From: a virus | Taxonomy: Duplodnaviria; Caudoviricetes | Length of the DNA stretch: 64,000 nucleotides | Virus record (IMG/VR): IMGVR_UViG_3300049455_000007 | Span: 261-64,260 of that record | Reading direction: 5' to 3' (one strand) | Part shown: piece after piece, positions 8,750 through 15,965 of the stretch | How positions within the stretch are numbered: position 1 is the stretch's first letter | Layout of the letters: every line of letters starts with the position of its first letter | The notes under the pieces: generated by a model | Told to the model about the DNA's origin: nothing | Seen by the model: only the letters and a program-made list of their open reading frames with translations | The model's database searches: none | Translations under genes and position numbers: made by a program

Positions 8750-9115
8750 TCAGCGCTTCTCAACCGAGACGGACACGGTGCCATCCGGCCGGTCACCGAT
8801 GAGCACCAGCCTGTAGTCCCAGACCCCGCCGTGCACGGCGGTGAGCGCTTCGAGAATGACACCCTCGTGCGATGAGCCACTGTCCTCGGGAATGAGGTAG
8901 CAGCAGAGGTAATGGCCCCCGGTCACCATCGGAAAGTACGTGGTGTCCTTGAAGCCATTGAGGTAGTACACCGGCAGTGCCCGGGCACCGCCGGAATCGT
9001 AGCGGTCGAACAGCGCGGACATCGCATGCCCGAGGCTGTCGAATACCTCGATGTTGTACTCATCGTTTACCAATGAGTCGTAATTCGGTCCGTGGAATGT
9101 GGCGATCACAGTCAT
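8750..9115 (-). CDS. hypothetical protein
   Basis: RBS TAGGAG, 121 aa. Confidence 0.7.
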   Translation of the reverse strand: MTVIATFHGPNYDSLVNDEYNIEVFDSLGHAMSALFDRYDSGGARALPVYYLNGFKDTTYFPMVTGGHYLCCYLIPEDSGSSHEGVILEALTAVHGGVWDYRLVLIGDRPDGTVSVSVEKR

Positions 9116-9147
9116 TGCGGATAGCTCCTATTCAGTTGGTGGTGTGG

Positions 9148-9165
9148 CAGACGGTCGTACGTCTC
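9148..9165. promoter_or_regulatory. 18-bp palindrome family copy 7
   Basis: CAGACGGTCGTACGTCTC. Confidence 0.75.
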
Positions 9166-9170
9166 CCGGT

Positions 9171-9407
9171 TCAGTGCCCTGTGGTGGGCCGTGCATCTGT
9201 GAAGTGGTCCTGCCCAGCATGCCGAAGATGCCCGGCAATGGCGGCAGGGCCGGTGAATCTGCGCCCGCAGGAGCAGGCATACGGGTGACCCTTGCGGCAG
9301 TTGTCCTGCCATGAGCCACCCTCGTACCCGGCCTTGCCGCAGATGGTGCACTTGACGCGCCCCCGGTGGTGGTTGCCGATGGGGGTGAACAGTTCATCGT
9401 CAGTCAT
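9171..9407 (-). CDS. zinc-finger protein (C2H2-like)
   Basis: CTIC...CSCGRRFTGPAAIAGHLRH. Confidence 0.6.
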   Translation of the reverse strand: MTDDELFTPIGNHHRGRVKCTICGKAGYEGGSWQDNCRKGHPYACSCGRRFTGPAAIAGHLRHAGQDHFTDARPTTGH

Positions 9408-9543
9408 GGATGCCCGTCTGGGTGGTGAGGCCGAGCGCGGCAATTGTCTTGGCCACTTCATCACGGACGGTGAGAAGCATCGCGAGTACATCAGGCCCCA
9501 TCGTGGATGACGGGACGATTACTGGGGGTGTGGTGGTAGCCAT
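9400..9543 (-). CDS. small hypothetical protein (47 aa)
   Basis: Manual ORF MATTTPPVIVPSS... Confidence 0.5.
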   Translation of the reverse strand: MATTTPPVIVPSSTMGPDVLAMLLTVRDEVAKTIAALGLTTQTGIHD

Positions 9544-9602
9544 GGAAAATGCCTGTCTGCGAGTGCGAATTAGGGGTGAACGCTGGTGGGTTACTGACAG
9601 TG

Positions 9603-9827
9603 TCAGTATGCGCCGCGCTGATAGGCAAGTTCCGCGTCGACATGGGTGAGGAAACGGTCGACGTATTCGTCCGCAACGTGGGTGTCACCGTTGCGGATCG
9701 CGGCCAGCGCAGTGGCCAGCAGCCAGCGCTGGGAGGCGAGCATCCCGTTCATGTGGGCACGCTTGGTTTCGATGTCGTCGATGGTGTGCGACATGCTGAT
9801 TTCGCGGGCAGTGAGGTCGGTAGCCAT
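9603..9827 (-). CDS. hypothetical protein
   Basis: MATDLTAREISM..., downstream of promoter 9917-9945. Confidence 0.65.
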   Translation of the reverse strand: MATDLTAREISMSHTIDDIETKRAHMNGMLASQRWLLATALAAIRNGDTHVADEYVDRFLTHVDAELAYQRGAY

Positions 9828-9861
9828 GATGATTCCGTTCTGTGGTTGGTAGCCCGGTCGG

Positions 9862-9879
9862 CAGATGGTCGACCAGTTG
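9862..9879. promoter_or_regulatory. 18-bp palindrome family copy 8
   Basis: CAGATGGTCGACCAGTTG, downstream of promoter. Confidence 0.8.
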
Positions 9880-9916
9880 GTGAGCGGGTTTTGGGCATAC
9901 CTCACCCGCTACTCTA

Positions 9917-9945
9917 AGCGTATCATGTTTGGGTAGAGATGTCAA
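9917..9945 (-). promoter_or_regulatory. sigma70/SigA-type early promoter
   Basis: TTGACA-17 bp-TACGCT. Confidence 0.75.
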
Positions 9946-9971
9946 GTCGTGGGAGGGGGCGGCCTCGCTCA

Positions 9972-10277
9972 TCACCAGCCCGGAGGACGGAGGTTCCGCT
10001 TATCGCTCACGTGCCATGACTGCGCAAGCAGTGCCCTGAAATGTACATCCCACTCCTCGTGTTGCTGTGCGTGGTGTTCATGCTTGGCATTGAGCGGGGT
10101 CAGATTGAACGTGCGGTTTGGTGGCGGGAAAGCCCGAGGGGGACGGACCGATTTCCTGATCCAATCCCACGCCTTGTCCATGACATGCGGCTGCTGTTCA
10201 TACGAGAACAGGACGGCCAAGAACAGTGGCGTGAACACGATGATGACGATAAGGGTGCCGATGATGGTGCCGATCAT
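9972..10277 (-). CDS. membrane protein
   Basis: N-terminal TM helix IIGTLIVIIVFTPLFLAVLF. Confidence 0.65.
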   Translation of the reverse strand: MIGTIIGTLIVIIVFTPLFLAVLFSYEQQPHVMDKAWDWIRKSVRPPRAFPPPNRTFNLTPLNAKHEHHAQQHEEWDVHFRALLAQSWHVSDKRNLRPPGW

Positions 10278-10660
10278 GACCCGCCCCTGATGTCGCGGTC
10301 ATACCAGTGGTTCGGCCCCCCGCACAGGTGGGCGGACAGGCCGTGCTCGCACACTTCCACCGCAGGCTCCGGCCATGGTGCGGAGTTGTAGCCGTCCTCC
10401 CATGCGTCGCACAGTTCCTGAATCTCCCAGTCAGCGGCACCATCGAAGGTGCTTGGGCCGGCAGTCCTGCCGTCCTCCCATACGTCGCCGTCCGACAGTG
10501 GTCTGGTTGACATCTCCACCACGTCGCGGGGAGTGATGGCCCCCGCCCATTCCCCTGACAGTGGCGACTCCTGCGGACTGACTTCACCAGCGGCGATGCC
10601 GTTGGTGGCGTACTCTAGACCGTTGCTCTTGGCCTTCGCCAGTTGTTCAAACCAGTCCAT
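10274..10660 (-). CDS. hypothetical protein
   Basis: RBS AAAGGAG; 128 aa. Confidence 0.75.
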   Translation of the reverse strand: MDWFEQLAKAKSNGLEYATNGIAAGEVSPQESPLSGEWAGAITPRDVVEMSTRPLSDGDVWEDGRTAGPSTFDGAADWEIQELCDAWEDGYNSAPWPEPAVEVCEHGLSAHLCGGPNHWYDRDIRGGS

Positions 10661-10700
10661 GACTGGCTCCTTTCGTTGGTTGGTAGCCTGATGAAATGGG

Positions 10701-10731
10701 GCAGGCGGGCGGCTACCAACGACCCGCCTGC
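10701..10731 (-). terminator. GC hairpin (terminator or switch) with GTTGGTAGCC loop
   Basis: Stem GCAGGCGGG/CCCGCCTGC directly after stop of 10739..10930; weak U tract. Confidence 0.55.
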
Positions 10732-10738
10732 GCCCGGT

Positions 10739-10930
10739 CTATGTGGCGGACGTACGACCGTCTTCGATACGGGCACGGAGGACAGGGTCGATCCTGTTCT
10801 GCAGGCTGGTGACCTGCGCCTCCGTGAGCATGTCCGAGTCGACGATGGCGGTCAGCGCATCATCAAGTTCCTGCGCGGTGTACGCCTCGGGATTCTTGGC
10901 GACGGCCTTGGCCTTGGTGAGCGACATCAT
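10739..10930 (-). CDS. hypothetical protein
   Basis: MMSLTKAKAVAKNP..., RBS GAGGAAG. Confidence 0.6.
   Translation of the reverse strand: MMSLTKAKAVAKNPEAYTAQELDDALTAIVDSDMLTEAQVTSLQNRIDPVLRARIEDGRTSAT
10747..10764. promoter_or_regulatory. 18-bp palindrome family copy 9
   Basis: CGGACGTACGACCGTCTT. Confidence 0.65.
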
Positions 10931-11163
10931 CACTTCCTCCCGTGGTGGATGAGGGTGCCGACGTGCTCGTGTGTGCCGCCACGCCGGAACATGATGCGCT
11001 CCCATGGGGCATCCCCATTGCCCATGCGAAGCCCGCAGTACGAGTGCTCCTTGCGCAGTTCCCGCATGGAAAACACCGGGTACTCGCCGTCATGCAGTGA
11101 CCACTCCGCACGGGAGACGTCACCTGCATGGCACTCGGGGCAGTCCTTCATGCGTGCCATCAC
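10930..11163 (-). CDS. hypothetical protein (CxxC)
   Basis: 77-aa ORF with overlap start. Confidence 0.6.
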   Translation of the reverse strand: MMARMKDCPECHAGDVSRAEWSLHDGEYPVFSMRELRKEHSYCGLRMGNGDAPWERIMFRRGGTHEHVGTLIHHGRK

Positions 11164-11342
11164 GCACCTGCCCTACGGGTGGCGCGGTGCTCGATGATGC
11201 TCTGCCATGCGTCGCACCCGTTCATGAGCAGGGACATGCGGGAACGGGCGGGACGGTGCGGGTCTGCGGCAACGTCCATCGCGGTGCGGAACCACCACAC
11301 CAGCGCAGCGTCAACGTCGGCGAATGTGCGCTCGTCCATCAC
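11160..11342 (-). CDS. hypothetical protein
   Basis: MDERTFADVDAALVWW..., GTGA overlap. Confidence 0.55.
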   Translation of the reverse strand: MMDERTFADVDAALVWWFRTAMDVAADPHRPARSRMSLLMNGCDAWQSIIEHRATRRAGA

Positions 11343-11500
11343 GCACCTGCCTTCGGGGAGTACGGGCACTCGCTGGTGCTGGCATGCCAGTGGTGGCACT
11401 CGTCGCACCAGAGCAGTGATGCGCCTGACGGGACGGTCGAAAGCGTGGCGACCCATGCGGTGAAGGGTGCGTCGAGGAGTGGTTTGCGGTTGGTAGCCAT
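11339..11500 (-). CDS. small hypothetical protein
   Basis: MATNRKPLLDAP..., RBS GAAGGA. Confidence 0.6.
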   Translation of the reverse strand: MATNRKPLLDAPFTAWVATLSTVPSGASLLWCDECHHWHASTSECPYSPKAGA

Positions 11501-11539
11501 GATGATTCCTTCGGGGTTGGGTTGGGTTGGTACGGGTGG

Positions 11540-11557
11540 CAGATGGGCGACCATCTG
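11540..11557. promoter_or_regulatory. 18-bp palindrome family copy 10
   Basis: CAGATGGGCGACCATCTG, intergenic. Confidence 0.8.
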
Positions 11558-11580
11558 CCACCCTCGGTTTGGTAGCCGGT

Positions 11581-11781
11581 CTATTTGGTGCCAGTGACCT
11601 TGCGGTTCTGGCTGTAGCGGATGATGACGTGCATGCTCGGGTCAGCGTCCGCATTGCGCTTGCTCATGTAGCGCCCGGTGCTGGGGTCGAGGAAGTCCTT
11701 GCCCTCGTTCCAGTCAGCCTTCGCCGCCTTCGCGGTGGTGTAGTCGCGGCCATATGCGGGGGTGACTTCGAACCATGCCAT
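11581..11781 (-). CDS. hypothetical protein
   Basis: MAWFEVTPAYGRDY..., RBS GGGAAG. Confidence 0.65.
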   Translation of the reverse strand: MAWFEVTPAYGRDYTTAKAAKADWNEGKDFLDPSTGRYMSKRNADADPSMHVIIRYSQNRKVTGTK

Positions 11782-11786
11782 GGCCG

Positions 11787-12176
11787 TTACTTCCCGTCCG
11801 TCAGGACGCCACGGAACACGTACCAGCCATCGCGGGCGGGGACGGCCAACTCCGTGTGCTCGTCCACGGTCGGGTAGCGCGTGGCTGTGCCCACGTACTC
11901 CACCCGTACGTTGGATGAGGCGACCTGCAGTTGCTTCCATGCCTGCGTCTTGTCCCATGCGGCCCACGCTTCCGTGGCGTGGACACCCTGCGGGTCCCCG
12001 CAGATTCGGTTGCCGTCGAGGTTGCAGTCCCAGCCGGGATCATCCTCGCTCATGGCGTGGGACACGGCGGGTGCGGGGGTGGGCGGTTGTGCCGCACCAG
12101 CGCTGGCCGTGAAGGCGATGATGCTGAGGCCGATGGATGCGGCGATGAGTGATGCGCGGTTCTGGTTGGTAGCCAT
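11787..12176 (-). CDS. secreted/membrane-anchored protein
   Basis: Signal-peptide-like N-terminus (SLIAASIGLSIIAFTASAGA) then EDDPGWDCNLDGNRICG. Confidence 0.7.
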   Translation of the reverse strand: MATNQNRASLIAASIGLSIIAFTASAGAAQPPTPAPAVSHAMSEDDPGWDCNLDGNRICGDPQGVHATEAWAAWDKTQAWKQLQVASSNVRVEYVGTATRYPTVDEHTELAVPARDGWYVFRGVLTDGK

Positions 12177-12206
12177 GTGGTGAGTCTTTCTGTGATGGGC
12201 CGACCG

Positions 12207-12224
12207 GAGACGGTCGACCAGTTG
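12207..12224. promoter_or_regulatory. 18-bp palindrome family copy 11
   Basis: GAGACGGTCGACCAGTTG, downstream of promoter. Confidence 0.8.
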
Positions 12225-12260
12225 CCGCCCTGCCAAAGGGCATGGAAGGGCGAAGTAACA

Positions 12261-12289
12261 ACATTACCGTATTTGACAAGGTTTGTCAA
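12261..12289 (-). promoter_or_regulatory. sigma70/SigA-type early promoter
   Basis: TTGACA-17 bp-TAATGT; second TTGACA 10 bp upstream. Confidence 0.75.
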
Positions 12290-12306
12290 GTCATGTCAAG
12301 TAGTGA

Positions 12307-12468
12307 CTAGGGCTTGGCGGCATGCACCGACCAGCCAGCGTCGCGGATGACGTGCTCCCACTCGTCCGCTCCGTCGTTGCGTACGCGGGACATGACGATC
12401 GTGTAGCCGCACCAGTAGCAGTGGTGCTCGTTGATGTAGGCGCAGCGGTCGCACCGGTCATCTTCCAT
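12307..12468 (-). CDS. small Cys-rich protein (53 aa)
   Basis: Manual ORF MEDDRCDRCAYINEHHCYWC..., RBS GGAGG. Confidence 0.55.
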   Translation of the reverse strand: MEDDRCDRCAYINEHHCYWCGYTIVMSRVRNDGADEWEHVIRDAGWSVHAAKP

Positions 12469-12473
12469 GAGGG

Positions 12474-12695
12474 TTACCTCCTTCCATGGTGGGAGACATC
12501 CTCGGCGAAGACGGATTCAGTGGTGCCGGTCCGGTACAGCGAGGTGCCTTCAGTGACTCTGAACGTGACAGCGGCTGACCTGCCGGAACCGATCACTGAC
12601 GTGACTACGCCCGTGACGGTTCCGCCCGTGACGCGTGGACGGTAGTCGATGACGTCACCGGAGTGGATGAGCGGACGGTCTGGGAAGAAGGACAT
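12474..12695 (-). CDS. hypothetical protein
   Basis: RBS TAGGA; 73 aa. Confidence 0.65.
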   Translation of the reverse strand: MSFFPDRPLIHSGDVIDYRPRVTGGTVTGVVTSVIGSGRSAAVTFRVTEGTSLYRTGTTESVFAEDVSHHGRR

Positions 12696-12722
12696 GGCAT
12701 TCCTAACGGGAGGGGAAAACGG

Positions 12723-12740
12723 GAGATGGTCGACCGTCTG
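12723..12740. promoter_or_regulatory. 18-bp palindrome family copy 12
   Basis: GAGATGGTCGACCGTCTG, intergenic. Confidence 0.8.
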
Positions 12741-12798
12741 CGCGGATCAGCGCAGGCACGTCGGAGGAGCGCCAACCTGGTAGCTGGCGCATAGGGGA

Positions 12799-12828
12799 AG
12801 GCCCCCGCCTGTCCTAGCGCGGGGGCCT
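12799..12828 (-). terminator. hairpin after first early gene
   Basis: AGGCCCCCGC/GCGGGGGCCT 10-bp stem; poor U tract. Confidence 0.5.
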
Positions 12829-12837
12829 CCTACCGGA

Positions 12838-13620
12838 CTACGCCTTCAGGCTCGGGTAGACGTCGGCGAGGATAGCGCTGACCTCCTTGGCCACACCGGA
12901 CCATTCCTTGGTAGCGCGAAGGGCAAGGATCTGCTTGACCAAGAGCTTGGCCGTAGCCTTGACGTCATCCTGCAGGCTGGGGCCTGCGGGGGCCTCGGGG
13001 GCCTTGTCCGTACCCGTTGCGGCACCCTCCGGCAGGAGGGCTGACGTACCCGTGGCGGGGGCCTTGGGGGCCTCCACGGGGGCCTTGCCGTTCGCGGCCT
13101 TGAGGGCCTCCAGTTCGAGGGCCTTGGCTTCGAGCGCGGCCTTCTTCTCCTTCTCGACGAGCCGCTTGGCCTTCTGGTCAGCGCGGGAAGTTGCGTCGAA
13201 GGAACCCTCGACCAGCGCGACATCATCCGCGTCCGGCACAGACAGAAGGCCAGCGCGGTCCTTCACGTGCAAAGCCTGACCGGCCAGCGCATACGGCCGA
13301 AGCGTCCCTACAGGCATTCCGAGAACCTTCGCGGCACCCGTGATGTTATACGGGTAACGCTTCGTAGCAACAGCCTCATGCGTCGCCGTCCGGTAGGCGA
13401 TACGCGACATCCAAACAGCCGCAACAGCGCGGGCCTGAACGGCCGATTCGATGGCCTTGGTCTGGGAGTCGTGCTCGGCCCGCTCCTTGTCGAACGCGGC
13501 ACGTAGCGCGTCCAACGTGCCGGTCTGAAGGGTAGCGACGTCGACGACCGTGCCGTCAACGGGTGTGATGTCGGTTCCTGCGGGTGTTGCGGGTGTTGCG
13601 GGTGTTGTGTTGGTAGCCAA
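12838..13620 (-). CDS. Ala/Lys-rich hypothetical protein, first gene of early operon
   Basis: TTG start, MATNTTPATPATPA, RBS GGAAGG, followed by hairpin. Confidence 0.75.
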   Translation of the reverse strand: MATNTTPATPATPAGTDITPVDGTVVDVATLQTGTLDALRAAFDKERAEHDSQTKAIESAVQARAVAAVWMSRIAYRTATHEAVATKRYPYNITGAAKVLGMPVGTLRPYALAGQALHVKDRAGLLSVPDADDVALVEGSFDATSRADQKAKRLVEKEKKAALEAKALELEALKAANGKAPVEAPKAPATGTSALLPEGAATGTDKAPEAPAGPSLQDDVKATAKLLVKQILALRATKEWSGVAKEVSAILADVYPSLKA

Positions 13621-13646
13621 TTGGGGCGACCTTCCTATGCGTGGGG

Positions 13647-13664
13647 CAGACGTACGTACGTCTG
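13647..13664. promoter_or_regulatory. 18-bp palindrome family copy 13
   Basis: CAGACGTACGTACGTCTG (perfect 22 bp 13645-13666), downstream of promoter. Confidence 0.8.
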
Positions 13665-13700
13665 CCGACCTAGTGCGGGCCGGAATTGGCCCGCACTTTC

Positions 13701-13729
13701 AGTAGTATGTACGTAGGTAGACATGTCAA
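13701..13729 (-). promoter_or_regulatory. probable early promoter of first leftward gene
   Basis: TTGACA with a weaker -10 (TACTAC at 16 bp spacing). Confidence 0.5.
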
Positions 13730-13745
13730 GCGATAGGAACCTAAT

Positions 13746-13816
13746 CGTTACCGTTTCGTTACCAAAAATGGCCGTTTTAGGTGGGTTCACCGGCGTGTCG
13801 TTACCATTCCGTTACC
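13746..13816 (+). repeat. four CGTTACC direct repeats in two pairs with 11-bp spacing
   Basis: Copies at 13746, 13757, 13799, 13810. Confidence 0.75.
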
Positions 13817-14211
13817 ATTCCGCGTGGGTTGTGGAGGTTAGGCCCCCACCCACCCGCAACGGACGGCGCGCCGCGCCAGGTTAACGCTGCCCGTCCCCCT
13901 ACCCGTGTTGGCCCCCGGTGTAATCGGTATACATGTTGGGAAGTTCTGCATTTTTTTAGCGAAAAGTGCCGATAAGGCTCCTTTTCCCACGGGCGGGGAG
14001 AATGACGTCCCGGAAAGAAACGCATTTCTTTAGCTTTGACCCTTGTTTGGGGGGCTGAGGGTGTCATTTCCACGGAAAATTCGTGCCCCTGCGTGGGTGT
14101 CACATGGTTCCGGGGGCCTGTGGCGGGCAGGATAATAAATGTGTACGTTTACTGCAAACCAAAAGGGGCACCCGTGCGGCAGAACCGGCAGGACTGTGTG
14201 GAGTGGATCAT

Positions 14212-14307
14212 ATGAGGAGGCCGACCCGCTTCGACGCGGTCACGTGGTTCTCCCTCGGCTGGGTCGCCGGGATCGGATTCGCGTGGCTCACGCTGACGTT
14301 CCGGTGA
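14212..14307 (+). CDS. micro membrane protein
   Basis: MRRPTRFDAVTWFSLGWVAGIGFAWLTLTFR. Confidence 0.5.
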   Translation: MRRPTRFDAVTWFSLGWVAGIGFAWLTLTFR

Positions 14308-14675
14308 CCGAAGCCGGGTGGGACTACATGGGCATCCCGGCCCGCTGGGTGGACGGGGACACCGACTGGATGTGGGTGGAGAAGGAAATCGACAACGGCT
14401 TCCGGGTGTTCACCACCGTGAGGCACCTGCTGGAGTTCCGCATCTGGGGGGCCGACACGCCCGAGCGGGGGAAATTCAACTACGGCGCGGCAACTGCGCG
14501 GGCTGCGCAATTGTGCCCGGTGGGCGTCCCCGTTCAGGTGCAGACGTTCAAGCCCCGGCCCGAGGACAAGTACGGGCGCTGGCTGGTGCGCATCCTGCTC
14601 CCCGACGGGCGCTGGCTTGATGAGGTCCTGATCGGGGAGGGGCTGGCTGTCCCCTATTTCGGGGGTCCGCGATGA
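14304..14675 (+). CDS. thermonuclease (SNase-like) family protein
   Basis: VDGDT, RIWGADTPE, DKYGRWL, LIGEGLAVPY motifs. Confidence 0.8.
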   Translation: MTEAGWDYMGIPARWVDGDTDWMWVEKEIDNGFRVFTTVRHLLEFRIWGADTPERGKFNYGAATARAAQLCPVGVPVQVQTFKPRPEDKYGRWLVRILLPDGRWLDEVLIGEGLAVPYFGGPR

Positions 14676-14770
14676 GCGACCGGTTCTGGATTTCCCTGCT
14701 GTTCTGGATTTCCCTGCTGTTCGGGCTGGCAGCTTTGGTATTTGTTGTGGCTGCGCTGGCGGGCCGGTGA
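14672..14770 (+). CDS. micro membrane protein with tandem FWISLL duplication
   Basis: Manual ORF MSDRFWISLLFWISLLFGLAALVFVVAALAGR; 18-bp tandem repeat 14684-14719. Confidence 0.55.
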   Translation: MSDRFWISLLFWISLLFGLAALVFVVAALAGR

Positions 14771-14988
14771 TCGAGGCGCTGATCGCAACTTCGGCGCTCT
14801 GGGCGCTCGTCATCGGCTGGGCTGCCGCGCGTGGGGTGTGGTTCCTGCTGTCCCGGCGCGAATACAGGGGGCGTCCCGGGCGGAATCGCACGAACTGGGG
14901 GCATGCCCGGTGCGGGGTCTCAGCCGCTCCGTCCCGCCCGGGACCTCAAAAGGCTATCAAACGGGACGCGATATATCGCGTTAGATGA
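14767..14988 (+). CDS. membrane protein
   Basis: N-terminal hydrophobic helix, GTGA overlap. Confidence 0.55.
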   Translation: MIEALIATSALWALVIGWAAARGVWFLLSRREYRGRPGRNRTNWGHARCGVSAAPSRPGPQKAIKRDAIYRVR

Positions 14989-15170
14989 GGCCGAACACCC
15001 GCAGAACCACGAGCAACACGATGAGGGCAAGGACTGCCCAGACGATTGAACCGGCGTTCATGGCTCCTCCTTGGCGTGATGGACACCACGATACGCCCGC
15101 TAACCTCCTGCCCCCGGAGGCAGTCCGGGTGCATGATGTTACTGTCATACACTTTCCGAAGGGAAACACC

Positions 15171-15329
15171 ATGTGTGAAGCAGATGACCGCAACAGGCAG
15201 GCGCTGTTCGTCCTTGAAAACGAATGGGGGTGCGGGCGCATCGACGTTGGCCGCATCCGGCAGATTCTCAGGGGTGAGGACTGCGACCACGCCGAATGCG
15301 GGGAGGAACCACTTGCACGTACCGGATGA
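15171..15329 (+). CDS. small hypothetical protein
   Basis: MCEADDRNRQALF..., RBS GAAGGGA. Confidence 0.55.
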   Translation: MCEADDRNRQALFVLENEWGCGRIDVGRIRQILRGEDCDHAECGEEPLARTG

Positions 15330-15501
15330 GAACCTTCCCCGCTATCGCCGCCTCATGGCGCTGTACCGGAAGGTGGACCGGATCGGGAACAACCGGTCCA
15401 ACCATGGCGACTATGCCGGGGCCAACGCCGCATGGCATCGTGCCGCACAGATCAAACATGCCGCGCAGGACCTGCGCGTCGCTGGCTCGAACGGCAAATA
15501 G
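15313..15501 (+). CDS. small hypothetical protein
   Basis: TTG start with GGAGG RBS; start uncertain. Confidence 0.45.
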   Translation: MHVPDENLPRYRRLMALYRKVDRIGNNRSNHGDYAGANAAWHRAAQIKHAAQDLRVAGSNGK

Positions 15502-15519
15502 CAGACGGCCGACCGTCTG
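15502..15519. promoter_or_regulatory. 18-bp palindrome family copy 14
   Basis: CAGACGGCCGACCGTCTG, immediately upstream of RHH gene RBS. Confidence 0.8.
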
Positions 15520-15531
15520 CAAAGGAGCACC

Positions 15532-15687
15532 ATGCCCAGACCCGCCCTCGGGCCGTCCAAGAAGTCCGAAATAGTCTCCGTCCGCCTCACCAAGCGCGAG
15601 GTCGCGGACCTGACCAGCCGGTACGGGTCCGCTGCCAAGGGGCTGCGGGCGCTCTACTCCGCCTCCAAGAGGGAAGCAAAGAAATGA
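15532..15687 (+). CDS. ribbon-helix-helix DNA-binding protein (51 aa)
   Basis: Manual ORF MPRPALGPSKKSEIVSVRLTKREVADLTSRYGSAAKGLRALYSASKREAKK; alternating beta-strand VSVRL then helix; RBS AAGGAG. Confidence 0.6.
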   Translation: MPRPALGPSKKSEIVSVRLTKREVADLTSRYGSAAKGLRALYSASKREAKK

Positions 15688-15965
15688 CTGAGAAGCACTA
15701 CGTGATCGTCCCGTCCATCCAGCGCTTCCGCAACTGGGCGATGGACAATATTCGGGATGAGGAGTGGTCCCATGTCGGTGCCCGCATCCACACGCCCACC
15801 AAGGAGTACCGCGCCGTCACGGCCATGCACCATTTGCGCGGCGCGACCCTGACCCCGGAGACGATCCACTGGGCGGACGGCTGGTTCATGGGCCTGTCCA
15901 ACAATGGTGCTGTCGAGATGGAGCAGTACGTCGAGATGTGCATCGGCGCGGGGCCGGTCAAATGA
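15684..15965 (+). CDS. hypothetical protein
   Basis: MTEKHYVIVPSI..., ATGA overlap. Confidence 0.65.
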   Translation: MTEKHYVIVPSIQRFRNWAMDNIRDEEWSHVGARIHTPTKEYRAVTAMHHLRGATLTPETIHWADGWFMGLSNNGAVEMEQYVEMCIGAGPVK

